Assembly (NCBI GenBank): GCA_963777505.1
Contig: CAVZQN010000004.1
Span: forward strand, 1,536,001 to 1,600,000
Source of the DNA: an uncultured bacterium
Lineage (GTDB): Bacteria; Acidobacteriota; HRBIN11; JAKEFK01
DNA: 64,000 bases
Reading direction: 5' to 3'
Part shown: positions 28,905 to 39,428 of the stretch, one piece after another
Numbering within the stretch: position 1 is the first letter of the stretch
Layout of the letters: every line of letters starts with the position of its first letter
Translations under genes and position numbers: made by a program
Notes under the pieces: generated by a model
The model's input: the letters and a program-made list of their open reading frames with translations, nothing else
What the model was told of the DNA's origin: nothing
Database searches by the model: none

Positions 28905-30181
28905 TAGACTCATCACTTTTTCTTGTTCTTGCTCTTATTGCTCTCGCATTCCAAACCCTTACACTCTACCTCTTTCTTTTTGAACCAGGACTCGAATATC
29001 GAATTGCCCGAAGGCCTAAAATGTCGTCGGCACCAGAAGATTGTTTCCCTGTGCTTGAAGCTTTAAGCAGCTCGCCTACATATAAGAAGAACAAGATCGA
29101 AGTGCTGACGAATGGTGATTCTTACTATGAGGCGGAACTTGATGCTATCCAAAAAGCAAAACACAGCATCCATCTTGAAGCATACATTTTTAATAAGGGT
29201 AAATTAACGAAGCGGTTCTTGAAAGTACTAACAGAAAGAGCAAAAGCGGGAGTCGCAGTGAGAGTCGTTGTGGATGCAATCGGTAATTTCCTTACACCGA
29301 ATAGCTATTTTGACGAACTAAAAAAAGCTGGCGGTAAAGTTGAATGGTATCATCCGTTTCGACTTCATTTAATACCAAGATTAAACAATCGTACGCATCG
29401 CGAGCTTATTATTGTGGATGGTAAAGTTGGTTTTATGGGTGGCTCAGGTTTTGCCGATCAATGGGCTTACGGAAAGCGCGGCCATCCAAAGTGGCGGGAT
29501 ACCATGGTGCGAGTAGAGGGTCCAGCGGTACGCGGGCTTCAATCGACATTTACCGAGAACTGGCTCGAATCTTCGGGTGAAATTATCACATGTAAAGAAT
29601 GTTTTCCGGTATTGGAAGCAAAAGGTGATGTTACTGCTCTTGTTGTGGACAGTTCGCCATCGGCAGGACGTTCAACTAGATCGCGTGTTATTTTTCAGGC
29701 TGTGTTGGCGTGCGCTTCAAAGAGTGTCTGTATCGCAACACCTTATTTTTTACCTGATGCAGGTGCACGAAAAGAAATGATCGATGGCGTGAATCGTGGT
29801 GTGAAGATTCGGATTATTACGCCCGGGCACAAATCGGATCATCTTTTGACAAGACATTCCAGCAGGCGTCTTTATGGCGATTTGTTGAAAGCAGGCGTAC
29901 GCATTTTTGAGTATCAACCAACGATGATGCATGCAAAAATCATGATTATCGATGATCTCTGCAGCGTTGTTGGTTCGACAAATTTTGATAATCGATCATT
30001 TGGTCTAAATGATGAAACAAACCTGATTGGATTTGATAAAGCTTTTGCCGCGCGTTTGATGGAAGACTTCGAAAAAGATGTTGAAAATAGCGAAGAAATC
30101 ACTTTAGAGGAATGGAAAAATCGATCTATAGCTGAGAAAGTAGTTGAAAATGCTGGCAGGATCTTAGAAAGGCAGCAATGA
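28901..30181 (+). CDS. Cardiolipin synthase (ClsB-like phospholipase D)
   Basis: Second motif HAKIMIID...VGSTNFD is canonical; the first reads HRELIIVD. TPYF is present. Coupled to a YbhP-like gene. Confidence 0.88.
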   Translation: MIDSSLFLVLALIALAFQTLTLYLFLFEPGLEYRIARRPKMSSAPEDCFPVLEALSSSPTYKKNKIEVLTNGDSYYEAELDAIQKAKHSIHLEAYIFNKGKLTKRFLKVLTERAKAGVAVRVVVDAIGNFLTPNSYFDELKKAGGKVEWYHPFRLHLIPRLNNRTHRELIIVDGKVGFMGGSGFADQWAYGKRGHPKWRDTMVRVEGPAVRGLQSTFTENWLESSGEIITCKECFPVLEAKGDVTALVVDSSPSAGRSTRSRVIFQAVLACASKSVCIATPYFLPDAGARKEMIDGVNRGVKIRIITPGHKSDHLLTRHSSRRLYGDLLKAGVRIFEYQPTMMHAKIMIIDDLCSVVGSTNFDNRSFGLNDETNLIGFDKAFAARLMEDFEKDVENSEEITLEEWKNRSIAEKVVENAGRILERQQ

Positions 30182-30933
30182 AATCCGGAATATCGAAACC
30201 ATTACACGTTGTGACATACAACATCCATAAGGCTCGTGGACTGGATGGTAGAACGCGGCCGGATCGTATTGCCAATGTACTTAAAAAGTTGAATGCTGAC
30301 GTCATTGCGCTACAGGAAGTTGTAAGCATGGCCGACAAGAATCCAGAAGAGAATCAGGCTGAGTACATTGCTCATGAGCTTGGCATGAGTTATTGCTGCG
30401 GCGAAAATCGCAAACATAAAGGCGGAAGTTATGGCAACGTAATTCTGAGCCGGCTTCCAATTGTGAATTACAAAAATCACGATTTAAGCGTTCATGGCCG
30501 CGAAAGACGCGGCGTCTTGCGCGCTGATTTGGAATTTGAACAGTCTTTGCTACATGTATTTAATGTTCATCTCGGTACCGCATTTCTGGAACGACGAAGT
30601 CAAGCCCGCAGGTTACTTACATCTACAATTTTGTTGGATGAACAATTGATCGGTACGCGTCTTCTATTAGGCGATTTTAACGAGTGGACTCGCGGATTGG
30701 TTTCAAAAATGCTTTCTGAACGGATGGCAGCTGTCGATGTTAAAAAACATCTAAAACGATCAAAGACGTATCCGGGAATCCTTCCATTTCTACATCTGGA
30801 TCATATTTATCACGATCCGCCACTCAAGGTGAAGAATCTCAAAGTTGAAAGGAGTCGAGAGACACTGATTGCATCCGATCATTTGCCTCTGTCTGCAGAA
30901 TTTGTAATCGAACAAGTTGTGGCAGGAAAGTAA
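30178..30933 (+). CDS. Endonuclease/exonuclease/phosphatase family (YbhP-like)
   Basis: TYNIHK, LQEV, GDFNEW, LDHIY, SDHLP. Confidence 0.92.
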   Translation: MKSGISKPLHVVTYNIHKARGLDGRTRPDRIANVLKKLNADVIALQEVVSMADKNPEENQAEYIAHELGMSYCCGENRKHKGGSYGNVILSRLPIVNYKNHDLSVHGRERRGVLRADLEFEQSLLHVFNVHLGTAFLERRSQARRLLTSTILLDEQLIGTRLLLGDFNEWTRGLVSKMLSERMAAVDVKKHLKRSKTYPGILPFLHLDHIYHDPPLKVKNLKVERSRETLIASDHLPLSAEFVIEQVVAGK

Positions 30934-30953
30934 CGCCGGTGCCTCGCCAGCCT

Positions 30954-33368
30954 TCACTCGTATCGCAAGGCGATGTTGGGATCGACCTGGGTTGCTTTGC
31001 GCGCAGGAATATAGCTCGCTGATATTGCAACGGCTCCAAGTAAGAAGGAAATCAAGATATACGTCACCGGATCCGTTGGGCTCACTTCAAAGAGTAAGCT
31101 TGTCACGAACCGGGTCAATAGTGCGGCACACACAATACCGATCGTTAGTCCGATTGCTGTAAGAACAACACTCTGACCAACAACCAGCTTTAAGATTTCA
31201 CTTTTACGCGCGCCAAGAACCATACGAAGCCCAATTTCGTGAACACGTTGTGCAACAGAGTAAGAAATCACACCATAGATTCCAACTGCAGCCAGCAACA
31301 ATGCAACGAAAGCAAAAATGGCCAGCAGGATCGTTGTAAATCGAGGCTCAGCCATGGATTTTGAAACAACCTCTTCCATTGTTTTGACCGTTGCTAATGG
31401 AAGATTGCGATCCATCGATTGAATATCTGACTTAATAATGCCTAAGAGCTGCGAAGGGTTCGATCGGGTTCGAACAATTAGGGTGCCCATTCTTATCGAT
31501 GCAAACGGGACATCAATCAGCGGAAAATACATTTGAGACTCAGGGCTCTGGCTGAGATTTGAGTTTTTCACATCCCCAACTACACCAACGATTTCTCTCC
31601 AAATCTGTGGTCCAAGGTTAACATTGATCCGTTTTCCAATCGGATCAACATCAGGCCAGTATTTGCGTGCCATCGTTTCATTGATAATCACGGCTCCTTC
31701 TGATTTTTCTTGATCTTGTTTTAAGAAAAATCTCCCGTTGCGTAGCGGAATTTTCAAGGTTCGGAAATAATCCTCACTAACGAGATTATAGAAAGCGCTA
31801 TGAATGTCATTGGTTTTGCCTTCAAGTTCGAACCCCCAATTACTGTCGGAATTATATAAAGGCAAAAAGACGGCTTGAGCTGCAGATTCAACTTCATTTA
31901 GTGATTTGATGCGATCCAGTAATTGCGTATAAAACGCTGCAGCATCCGAAGTTCTGGGATAACGAGTCTCCGGTAAATCAAACCGGACCATCAAAATATT
32001 CTTTGTTGTAAAGCCCGGTGAAACTTTCTGCAAGTTGTAGAAGCTTTTAATTAATAATCCTGCGCCTGTTACTAAAATGACTGCAAGAGCAATTTCTGAA
32101 ACAACAAGAATGCGGTGCATTTGTTTTCCGCGAACTCCTGAGGTGATTCCTCGCCCGCCTTCTTTCAAAAAGAATTGCACATTCACACGGAGCATTTGAT
32201 AAGCGGGAGCAAGACCAAACAGAAGGCCGGAAAATATGGACAGCAAAAGTGTGAAAAAGAGTATATGAGAATCGATCTTGACATCTTTCAGTCCCAATAT
32301 TTCTGTTGGAGAAATCGCAACCACTGAATCGAGAGCCCAGAATGCGATCAGCAGACCCATGAGTCCACCCAGGATTGCAAGCATTGTACTTTCAACAAAT
32401 AGGAGTCGTACGATGTCCTTCAAATTTGCACCTAAAGCGGTGCGGATTGCGATCTCCTTGTGCCTTGTTTCCCCTTTCGCCATAAAAAGATTAGCGACGT
32501 TTGCACAGGCTATCAGCAAAACAAAACCAACAGCCCCAAATAGAAGCAATAGCGCTTTTTTCACGCTACCTACGAGCGAATTGCGAATCGGTTCAAGATC
32601 GACGCGATTGGTTGCATCATAATATTTCGGATATTGAGTGCGGTACATCTCTTGTGCGATTCGCGTCATTTCAGTGGTAGCAACCGTAGTGCTTACGCCA
32701 GGTTTCAAGCGACCGACTACATTAATGTTGTGATTAACAAGAGAAGTTTCATCAAACTTCGAGCGTTCAATCATAATTGGGAGCCAGACTTCAACGCGAT
32801 CGTCAAAGAATTGAAATCCATCCGGCATTACCCCAATTACAGTACGTTGAACGTCGTTCATCGTAATCGTTTTTCCCAGAATGTTTTCATCTTTACCAAA
32901 CGTTCTTTTCCACAAACCATTGCTAATCACAACTACAGGATCGGAGCCTGATTGATCTTCTGCAGGCGTGAACCATCGTCCGAGTGCGGGCCGAACGCCT
33001 AACACCGACAAAAATTCTGCAGACGTTCTACTTGCCAGAACACGCATCGGTTCTGAAGAACTCGTAATGCTTACCCAATCCCAATCCATTGCAGCCAATG
33101 CATCAAAGCTTTTGCTCTGATCACGAAATTCGAGAAATTCAGGCTTGGTTACAGGCCATTTCCCATTCGGGTCGGCATCCTGGATAAACAAAATTCGATC
33201 GGATTCAGGATAAGGAAGCGGACGCATCAACAATGAATAAACAAGACTGAAGATAGCTGTATTGGCTCCGACACCAATCGCTAGAGTGATAATTGCGATC
33301 ATCGTAAGCCCCCGATTCTTCAATAACATTCGGAGACCGTAGCGTAGGTCTTGCCAAATTGCGGTCAT
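30954..33368 (-). CDS. ADOP-type duplicated MacB-like ABC permease
   Basis: IWQDLRYGLRML, IGVGANTAIFS, LLIACANVANL, EIAIRTALGA, ARKATQVDPNIALRYE. No adjacent ATPase gene. Confidence 0.92.
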   Translation of the reverse strand: MTAIWQDLRYGLRMLLKNRGLTMIAIITLAIGVGANTAIFSLVYSLLMRPLPYPESDRILFIQDADPNGKWPVTKPEFLEFRDQSKSFDALAAMDWDWVSITSSSEPMRVLASRTSAEFLSVLGVRPALGRWFTPAEDQSGSDPVVVISNGLWKRTFGKDENILGKTITMNDVQRTVIGVMPDGFQFFDDRVEVWLPIMIERSKFDETSLVNHNINVVGRLKPGVSTTVATTEMTRIAQEMYRTQYPKYYDATNRVDLEPIRNSLVGSVKKALLLLFGAVGFVLLIACANVANLFMAKGETRHKEIAIRTALGANLKDIVRLLFVESTMLAILGGLMGLLIAFWALDSVVAISPTEILGLKDVKIDSHILFFTLLLSIFSGLLFGLAPAYQMLRVNVQFFLKEGGRGITSGVRGKQMHRILVVSEIALAVILVTGAGLLIKSFYNLQKVSPGFTTKNILMVRFDLPETRYPRTSDAAAFYTQLLDRIKSLNEVESAAQAVFLPLYNSDSNWGFELEGKTNDIHSAFYNLVSEDYFRTLKIPLRNGRFFLKQDQEKSEGAVIINETMARKYWPDVDPIGKRINVNLGPQIWREIVGVVGDVKNSNLSQSPESQMYFPLIDVPFASIRMGTLIVRTRSNPSQLLGIIKSDIQSMDRNLPLATVKTMEEVVSKSMAEPRFTTILLAIFAFVALLLAAVGIYGVISYSVAQRVHEIGLRMVLGARKSEILKLVVGQSVVLTAIGLTIGIVCAALLTRFVTSLLFEVSPTDPVTYILISFLLGAVAISASYIPARKATQVDPNIALRYE

Positions 33369-33510
33369 AGTTGTTTCTGCAAATAGCAAAGAGGATGCCA
33401 ACTGAGAGGTACGACGTGAAACCTAAAGATTGACCTGGAATTGTTCCACAATCGGGAAGCAGCCGTTCAAAAATGAACAACATAGAATTAACCACAAAGT
33501 CGCTGTGTGA

Positions 33511-33566
33511 GGATAAGGATAGAAGATAGCGAATAGTAAGCTCTTGCTATCCTCCATCCTCTCTTT
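33511..33566. repeat. Degenerate 7-mer inverted arms (GGATAGA / CTATCCT type)
   Basis: ggataa ggataga agatagc gaatag ... gctatcct ccatcct ctcttt, in the divergent intergenic region. Confidence 0.45.
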
Positions 33567-33594
33567 CCAATATAATGATTGCATCGAGGCATTG

Positions 33595-35016
33595 ATGATT
33601 ACACCTGCACTGCCCGTAGATGAAAAAGAACGGATTGATGAACTACACAATCTGGGAATTCTTGATACTCCTGCCGAAGTTCGATTTGATCGCATCACAC
33701 GCACCGCAACTCGCCTTTTTGATGTACCGATCGCGCTGATTAGTCTGGTTGATACAAACCGGCAATGGTTTAAATCCTGCCAGGGTGTTACTGAACGCGA
33801 AACATCAAGAGACATTTCATTTTGCGGTCATGCAATTCTTGAAGACCAAATTCTGCACGTTCCTGATGCTCATCGTGATCCACGGTTTGCCGATAATCCG
33901 CTCGTTACTAAGGAAAATGGCATCCGGTTTTATGCTGGTTGCCCTCTTTTAGGTCCTGGTGGGCGCAAGATCGGCACAATGTGCATCGCAGATCATAAAC
34001 CACGAACGTTGAGTGAAGCAGATCTGACTCAACTTGCTGATCTAAGCGAATGGGCAAGTTTGGAATTGTCGGCTGCTGTCTTACTGCGGCAGGAAATTAA
34101 AAAGAAAAGCGAAGAACTTCAAGAGAGCGAGCTGACGTTTTTCCGTTTCATGGAAAAACTTCCCGTAGGTGTTTTTGTTTTGAATGCTTCGGGCAAACCA
34201 TATTATGCAAACCAAACTGCCATTCAACTCTTAGGAAGAGGAATTGCTCCTTCAACCGAAACAGATCAACTTGCCGATGTTTACCAGATTTATATTGAAG
34301 GAACCGACAACGAGTATCCTGCTGAAGAAATTCCAATTGTTCGTGCACTTTCAGGATTGGCCACTGAAGTGGAGGACATGGAAATTAGACGGCCTGATGG
34401 AATTTTATCGATTCACGTTTGGGCGACTCCTATTATCAATCGATTTGGCAACATTACACACGCGATCGCGGCATTTCAGGACATCACGCCTCGAAAGAAT
34501 GCTGAACGGCGTTTAGCAGCGCATTCTGCAGTGACTTCAATCCTTGCTGAAGGAAGAGATGTAGATCAGGTAATAACGGAAATTCTGAAAGCTATTTGCG
34601 AAAATATCGGATGGGATGTCGGTGTATTTTATGATAACGATCGGAATCAAAATGTTCTTCAGTGTTTGGAACTCTGGCATTCTGAGAGTGTAAATATTCC
34701 TGAGTTCGAAATGCTAACGCGAAAAATTTTGTTTCCACCAGGTTTAGGACTCCCCGGTCGTGTATTATCGGAGAGTGAGCCGATGTGGATCGCGAATATT
34801 GTAGAAGATCGAAATTTTCCACGCACTCCTGCTGCTATTAAGAATGGACTCCATGCAGGCTTTGCTTTTCCGATCCGTTTCGAGGGCGAGGTAATCGCCG
34901 CTATGGAATTCTTCAGCCGGCACATTCATCAACCTGATCGACAGCTCCTAAAAATGTGCGATGCCCTCGGCTATCAAATCGGACAATTTATAGGTCAACA
35001 CCGCGCTACGAAATAA
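33595..35016 (+). CDS. GAF-PAS-GAF sensor protein without an output domain
   Basis: GAF (FDRITR...SFCGHAI...DPRFADNPLV...FYAG), then PAS, then a second GAF (GLGLPGRV...FAFPI). Stops right after the second GAF. Confidence 0.85.
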   Translation: MITPALPVDEKERIDELHNLGILDTPAEVRFDRITRTATRLFDVPIALISLVDTNRQWFKSCQGVTERETSRDISFCGHAILEDQILHVPDAHRDPRFADNPLVTKENGIRFYAGCPLLGPGGRKIGTMCIADHKPRTLSEADLTQLADLSEWASLELSAAVLLRQEIKKKSEELQESELTFFRFMEKLPVGVFVLNASGKPYYANQTAIQLLGRGIAPSTETDQLADVYQIYIEGTDNEYPAEEIPIVRALSGLATEVEDMEIRRPDGILSIHVWATPIINRFGNITHAIAAFQDITPRKNAERRLAAHSAVTSILAEGRDVDQVITEILKAICENIGWDVGVFYDNDRNQNVLQCLELWHSESVNIPEFEMLTRKILFPPGLGLPGRVLSESEPMWIANIVEDRNFPRTPAAIKNGLHAGFAFPIRFEGEVIAAMEFFSRHIHQPDRQLLKMCDALGYQIGQFIGQHRATK

Positions 35017-35035
35017 CTTGTGCCTTTGTGGTTAA
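35017..35035 (+). repeat. 9-mer-doublet junction repeat (family A)
   Basis: cttgtgcctttgtggttaa fills the whole gap between two convergent stops. Confidence 0.7.
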
Positions 35036-36196
35036 TCAACCTGAAACCTGCAGAAAGGCGCATTTCAAATAGAGCGATTCGGGGAAATTTAACAGGACTG
35101 GATGATCGAGCGGGTGCATCAACAGCTCGCGGAATTGGAAGCTGCGGCCGGAATCAGCTGCTGCCTGGCGTAATACATCAACGAAAAGTTCTGGCGTCAG
35201 CGGTTGAGAGCACGAACAGGTAACTAACACACCATCGCGATTCAACAACTTCATCGCACGCACATTGATCTCGCGATAACCCTTAACTGCATCGATGAGA
35301 TACTTTTTCGATTTTGCAAAAGCAGGCGGATCCAGCACGATTAGGTCGTATCTTTTTTCAGAACTGTAGGCATTGCGCAAGAAATGAAAAGCATCTTCTT
35401 GAATGCATGAAATCTCGAAATTATTTAGCTCCGCATTTCGCCTCGCACCTTTTAGAGCTTCTGCGGAAGAATCTAACACTGAAATTTCCTTCACTCCAGC
35501 TTGTGCTGCATAAATACTCCATGCGCCCGAATAGCTAAAGACATCTAACATGCTTGGGCCCGGAGCATACTCACGCAAGCGGCGTCTGTTCGTTTGTTGA
35601 TCCAAAAAGAATCCAGTTTTTTGTCCTTCTATAAACTGGATTTCAAATTTCAGCCGATCGACTTCAACGATACTGCTATCAACGGGTGTTCCATGCACCC
35701 ACTCGTTTGATTTCGGTAATCCTTCAAGTTCGCGATAAGAAGAATCGTTACGGAGAAGAATACGCGCGGGGGAAGTTATTTGAATGAGCGAATCGATAAT
35801 CTCATTTCTAAAACGTTCCATTCCTGCTGTAAGAATTTGGACAACGAGCGTTTCAGAATAACGATCAACAATCAATCCTGGCAAACCGTCCGATTCACCA
35901 TAAACAAGGCGATAAATGTCTTCAGCATAATGCTTCTTGCGAAATTCAAATGCTTTCGTGATACGTTCATGAAGATTAAATTCAAAATGGTAAGAAAGGA
36001 TGCGGGCCGCGATTAATGTATGTGGATTGTAATATCCAAGAGCAATACGATGACCTTGCGGATCACGAATTTCAACAATTTCGCCAGGAGGAAGTTCCGC
36101 AGGCTTTTCTGTTATTTCGTTTGAAAAAACCCAGGGATGTTTGGTTTTTAGCCTTTTTCTAGCCCGGTCTGAGATAACGATAACCGGTCTTTCCAT
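35036..36196 (-). CDS. RlmI-like class I SAM-dependent rRNA methyltransferase
   Basis: HPWVFSNEI PUA domain, ESDGLPGLIVDRY, GQKTGFFLDQ, LDPPAF, TCSCS. Confidence 0.9.
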   Translation of the reverse strand: MERPVIVISDRARKRLKTKHPWVFSNEITEKPAELPPGEIVEIRDPQGHRIALGYYNPHTLIAARILSYHFEFNLHERITKAFEFRKKHYAEDIYRLVYGESDGLPGLIVDRYSETLVVQILTAGMERFRNEIIDSLIQITSPARILLRNDSSYRELEGLPKSNEWVHGTPVDSSIVEVDRLKFEIQFIEGQKTGFFLDQQTNRRRLREYAPGPSMLDVFSYSGAWSIYAAQAGVKEISVLDSSAEALKGARRNAELNNFEISCIQEDAFHFLRNAYSSEKRYDLIVLDPPAFAKSKKYLIDAVKGYREINVRAMKLLNRDGVLVTCSCSQPLTPELFVDVLRQAAADSGRSFQFRELLMHPLDHPVLLNFPESLYLKCAFLQVSG

Positions 36197-36205
36197 GGAT
36201 TAACT

Positions 36206-37366
36206 TCACCGATAAGCGGGAATACCTGTAATCCATTCGCCGAGAATTAACGTGTGAATGTTATGTGTACCTTCATATGTAAATACCGATTCAAGATTGC
36301 ACATATGACGGCCGACTTGATATTCATCCGTGATACCGCTTGCGCCAAGAATATCGCGGGCAGTTCGTGCAATGAGAAGCGCCTGATACACATTGTTCAT
36401 CTTCCCGAGTGATACCTGCTGCGGTGTGACCTTGCCATCATCTTTTAAGCGTCCCAGCTGCAAATTAAGAAGCTGTCCCTTTGTGATTTCGGAAAGCATG
36501 TAGGTCAATTTCTCTTGAATCATCTGAAACGATGCGATCGGTTTATCGAATTGAATACGAGTTTTCGCATATGTAACGGCTTCATCATAACAGGCCATGG
36601 CAGCTCCGATTGCTCCCCATGCGATTCCATAACGTGCTTGATTCAAACAGCCTAACGGTCCGCCAATGCCTTTTGCTTCGGGCAAGATTGAATTTGCAGG
36701 AACTTTGCAATCTTCAAGAATTAATTCGGATGTTACAGATGCGCGAAGCGACCATTTTCCTTTTTGTTCATGCGTGATAAAGCCTGGCGTACCTTTTTCT
36801 ACAAGGAATCCGCGGATTCCATCTTCGGTTCGCGCCCAAACAACCGCGATATCGGCAATGCTTCCATTTGTAATCCAGCGTTTTGTTCCATTGATGATCC
36901 ACTGATTTCCATCCTGTACTGCTTTGGTAAGCATGCCAGAAGGATTGGATCCGAAATCAGGTTCAGTGAGTCCGAAGCATCCAATCTTGCGTCCGGCTGC
37001 GAGTTCCGGAAGCCATCGGTTCTTTTGTTCATCAGAGCCGTATCTATATATAGGATACATAACGAGCGAACCCTGCACGGATGCAAAACTGCGGATCCCG
37101 CTGTCGCCGCGTTCAAGTTCTTGCATGATGAGCCCATAAGCGACATTGTTTAATCCCGCGCAACCATATCCCTGGATGTTCGCGCCAAGTACTCCTAGTT
37201 CCGCAAGTTGCGGCACGAGGTGAATAGGAAATGTGGCTTCACGATTATGTTTTTCGATAATGGGAATGATTTTGTCAGAAACAAACGAACGGATCGTATC
37301 GCGAACCATCCGTTCTTCTTCGTTTAATAAACCATCAATGTTGTAGAAATCAACGCCTTGAAACAT
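36206..37366 (-). CDS. gcdH: Glutaryl-CoA dehydrogenase-like acyl-CoA dehydrogenase
   Basis: ELERGDSGIRS, GCFGLTEPDFGS, CLNQARYGIAWG, NLESVFTYEGT. Confidence 0.85.
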   Translation of the reverse strand: MFQGVDFYNIDGLLNEEERMVRDTIRSFVSDKIIPIIEKHNREATFPIHLVPQLAELGVLGANIQGYGCAGLNNVAYGLIMQELERGDSGIRSFASVQGSLVMYPIYRYGSDEQKNRWLPELAAGRKIGCFGLTEPDFGSNPSGMLTKAVQDGNQWIINGTKRWITNGSIADIAVVWARTEDGIRGFLVEKGTPGFITHEQKGKWSLRASVTSELILEDCKVPANSILPEAKGIGGPLGCLNQARYGIAWGAIGAAMACYDEAVTYAKTRIQFDKPIASFQMIQEKLTYMLSEITKGQLLNLQLGRLKDDGKVTPQQVSLGKMNNVYQALLIARTARDILGASGITDEYQVGRHMCNLESVFTYEGTHNIHTLILGEWITGIPAYR

Positions 37367-37388
37367 CTCTGTGCCTTTGCGGTTAAAA
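37367..37388 (+). repeat. 9-mer-doublet junction repeat (family A)
   Basis: ctctgtgcctttgcggttaaaa. On the minus strand it ends directly at the gcdH ATG. Confidence 0.75.
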
Positions 37389-37390
37389 TC

Positions 37391-38179
37391 CTACCGGTTT
37401 TTCCAAACGGGTTTCCGTTTTTCTGTGAACGCTTTCATTCCTTCTTTCGAATCATCAAGGTTCAACAATTGCTGTAGATAAATTTCCTCAACAGCGCGCA
37501 AACTGTCCGTTAGGTTCTTGCCCTGTGAAGCAATCATTGCACGTTTTGCAGCTTGCAACACAGGACCTGAAAATTGAAGAAGTTTTCCTGCCATGAGTCC
37601 TGCTTGTTCTTGAAGTTTATCTTCAGGAACTGCTTTGTTGATGAAACCGTACGTTTCCGCTTCTTTTGCCTGGATAACATCGCCCGTAAAAATCAATTCA
37701 GCCGCGCGTTTTGGGTGAACTAACTTTTGAAGCATATTGCACGCGATTGCAGGGATTAGGCCGATCCGAATTTCTGGAAAACCAAACTTTGATGTCTCCG
37801 AAGCAATCGCAAGATCGGAAAACATAACAAGCTCAAATCCGGCTCCAAGCGCCATACCTTTTACGACTGACAAAACTGGAATTCCAGTTTCTTGAAGTTG
37901 TTCAAAGAGGCGCCCAAAGGATTCAATTAATTGATAGGATCGATCATCGGTAAAATCTTCAGGAGAAAATCCTCCGCAGAAATTTTTCCCTGTTGCGAGA
38001 AATGTAATTAGTTTTACATCCGATCGATACATTAAGCTTGCAACGGCCGCATTCAATTCTTCAACCATTTCAAGATTGAAAGCGTTTATGGGCGGCCTAT
38101 TTAATGTGATTTGAAACATGCCGTCTTTTTCTGAGCAAGCTATATGTTTTGGAGCCTTTGTGTTATCCATCCATTCCAT
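37391..38179 (-). CDS. Enoyl-CoA hydratase/isomerase family protein
   Basis: ITLNRPPINAF, ALGAGFEL, FGFPEI, EGMKAFTEKRKPVW. Confidence 0.9.
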   Translation of the reverse strand: MEWMDNTKAPKHIACSEKDGMFQITLNRPPINAFNLEMVEELNAAVASLMYRSDVKLITFLATGKNFCGGFSPEDFTDDRSYQLIESFGRLFEQLQETGIPVLSVVKGMALGAGFELVMFSDLAIASETSKFGFPEIRIGLIPAIACNMLQKLVHPKRAAELIFTGDVIQAKEAETYGFINKAVPEDKLQEQAGLMAGKLLQFSGPVLQAAKRAMIASQGKNLTDSLRAVEEIYLQQLLNLDDSKEGMKAFTEKRKPVWKNR

Positions 38180-38187
38180 AAGTCCCC

Positions 38188-39396
38188 CTAAGCCAAATTT
38201 TCGTACGCAACGGAAAGACCGAGGCCACCGCTAATGCAGAGTGTAGCCAATCCGTATGATTTCTTTCCAGCGCTTCGACGCTTTAACTCATGAAGTAAAG
38301 TTGTTGTAATGCGTGCGCCTGTACATCCAATTGGATGGCCAAGTGCAATGGATCCCCCATTCACATTCAAAATTTCACGATTCATTGGCATCATGCGATC
38401 TACCGCGATGACTTGTGCTGCAAACGCTTCATTGAGTTCGATTAATGAAAAGTCACTCAAATTCATTTGCAGACGTTCGAGAAGTTTTTGTGTCGCAGGC
38501 ACAGGACCGATTCCCATTATTTCCGGTGGAACTCCTGCTTTTTCATAGCCGATCACACGTGCCAATGGTTTCAGTCCATGCTTCTCCAGAAAGTCTCCAT
38601 TACAAATTAAAATGGCTGAAGCGCCATCTGTAATTCCTGAAGAATTTCCGGCTGTAACTGTTCCCGTTTCACTGAACACCGGCTGCAATTTTGCGAGACC
38701 ATCCAGCGTTGTTTCAGGCCGTGGATGTTCATCCTGGGTGATCATTTGTGTTTCTTTTTTGATCTTCACAGGTACGGCCGCGATTTCATCCTTGAATCTT
38801 CCTTCTTGAATTGCACGTCCTGCTTTTTTCTGACTCTCTAACGCAAATTCATCTTGTTCCTTACGCGAAATGTCATGGATTTGTGCCAACTTTTCAGCGG
38901 TTTCACCCATAAGCATGTCGCTGATCGGACAATGAAATCCATCACGATACATTGCATCAATCAATTTTCCGTGGCCTAAACGATACCCATCAAAGCGAGC
39001 CTGATCCAGCAAGAATGGAACGCGGCTCATGCTTTCGATTCCACCAACGAGTACACAACTGGCCTGTCCGAGTTGAATCGATTGTGTCCCAAGAATTAAT
39101 GCTTTTAATCCTGAGCCGCACGCTTTGTTTACTGTAAATGCGGGAACAGAATCTGGAATTCCGGAACGATACGAAACCTGCCGTGCTGGATTTGGGCCGG
39201 CACCCGCAGGCCTCGCGTGACCAAAGATAGCTTCATCAATTTCTTCAGGCTTGATTCCAGTTTCATCAAGAAGTGCTTTTGTGACATGAATTCCTAACTC
39301 AACCGCGGGAATATCTTTAAATACTCCGCCAAATCGTCCAATCGGCGTTCGTTTCGCCTGCAAAACATAAACATCTTTCACTGATTTATCTGTCAT
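38188..39396 (-). CDS. Acetyl-CoA acetyltransferase (thiolase)
   Basis: VNKACGSG, ELNEAFA, NVNGGSIALGHPIG, LCISGG. Confidence 0.95.
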   Translation of the reverse strand: MTDKSVKDVYVLQAKRTPIGRFGGVFKDIPAVELGIHVTKALLDETGIKPEEIDEAIFGHARPAGAGPNPARQVSYRSGIPDSVPAFTVNKACGSGLKALILGTQSIQLGQASCVLVGGIESMSRVPFLLDQARFDGYRLGHGKLIDAMYRDGFHCPISDMLMGETAEKLAQIHDISRKEQDEFALESQKKAGRAIQEGRFKDEIAAVPVKIKKETQMITQDEHPRPETTLDGLAKLQPVFSETGTVTAGNSSGITDGASAILICNGDFLEKHGLKPLARVIGYEKAGVPPEIMGIGPVPATQKLLERLQMNLSDFSLIELNEAFAAQVIAVDRMMPMNREILNVNGGSIALGHPIGCTGARITTTLLHELKRRSAGKKSYGLATLCISGGLGLSVAYENLA

Positions 39397-39428
39397 CGCT
39401 CATCTCGTATCCCGCATCTCGCATCGCG
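39394..39428. repeat. 7-mer tandem array (CATCTCG-type x5) filling the PBP-thiolase junction
   Basis: catcgct catctcg tatcccg catctcg catcgcg. The first unit contains the thiolase start; the last abuts the PBP stop. Confidence 0.75.
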
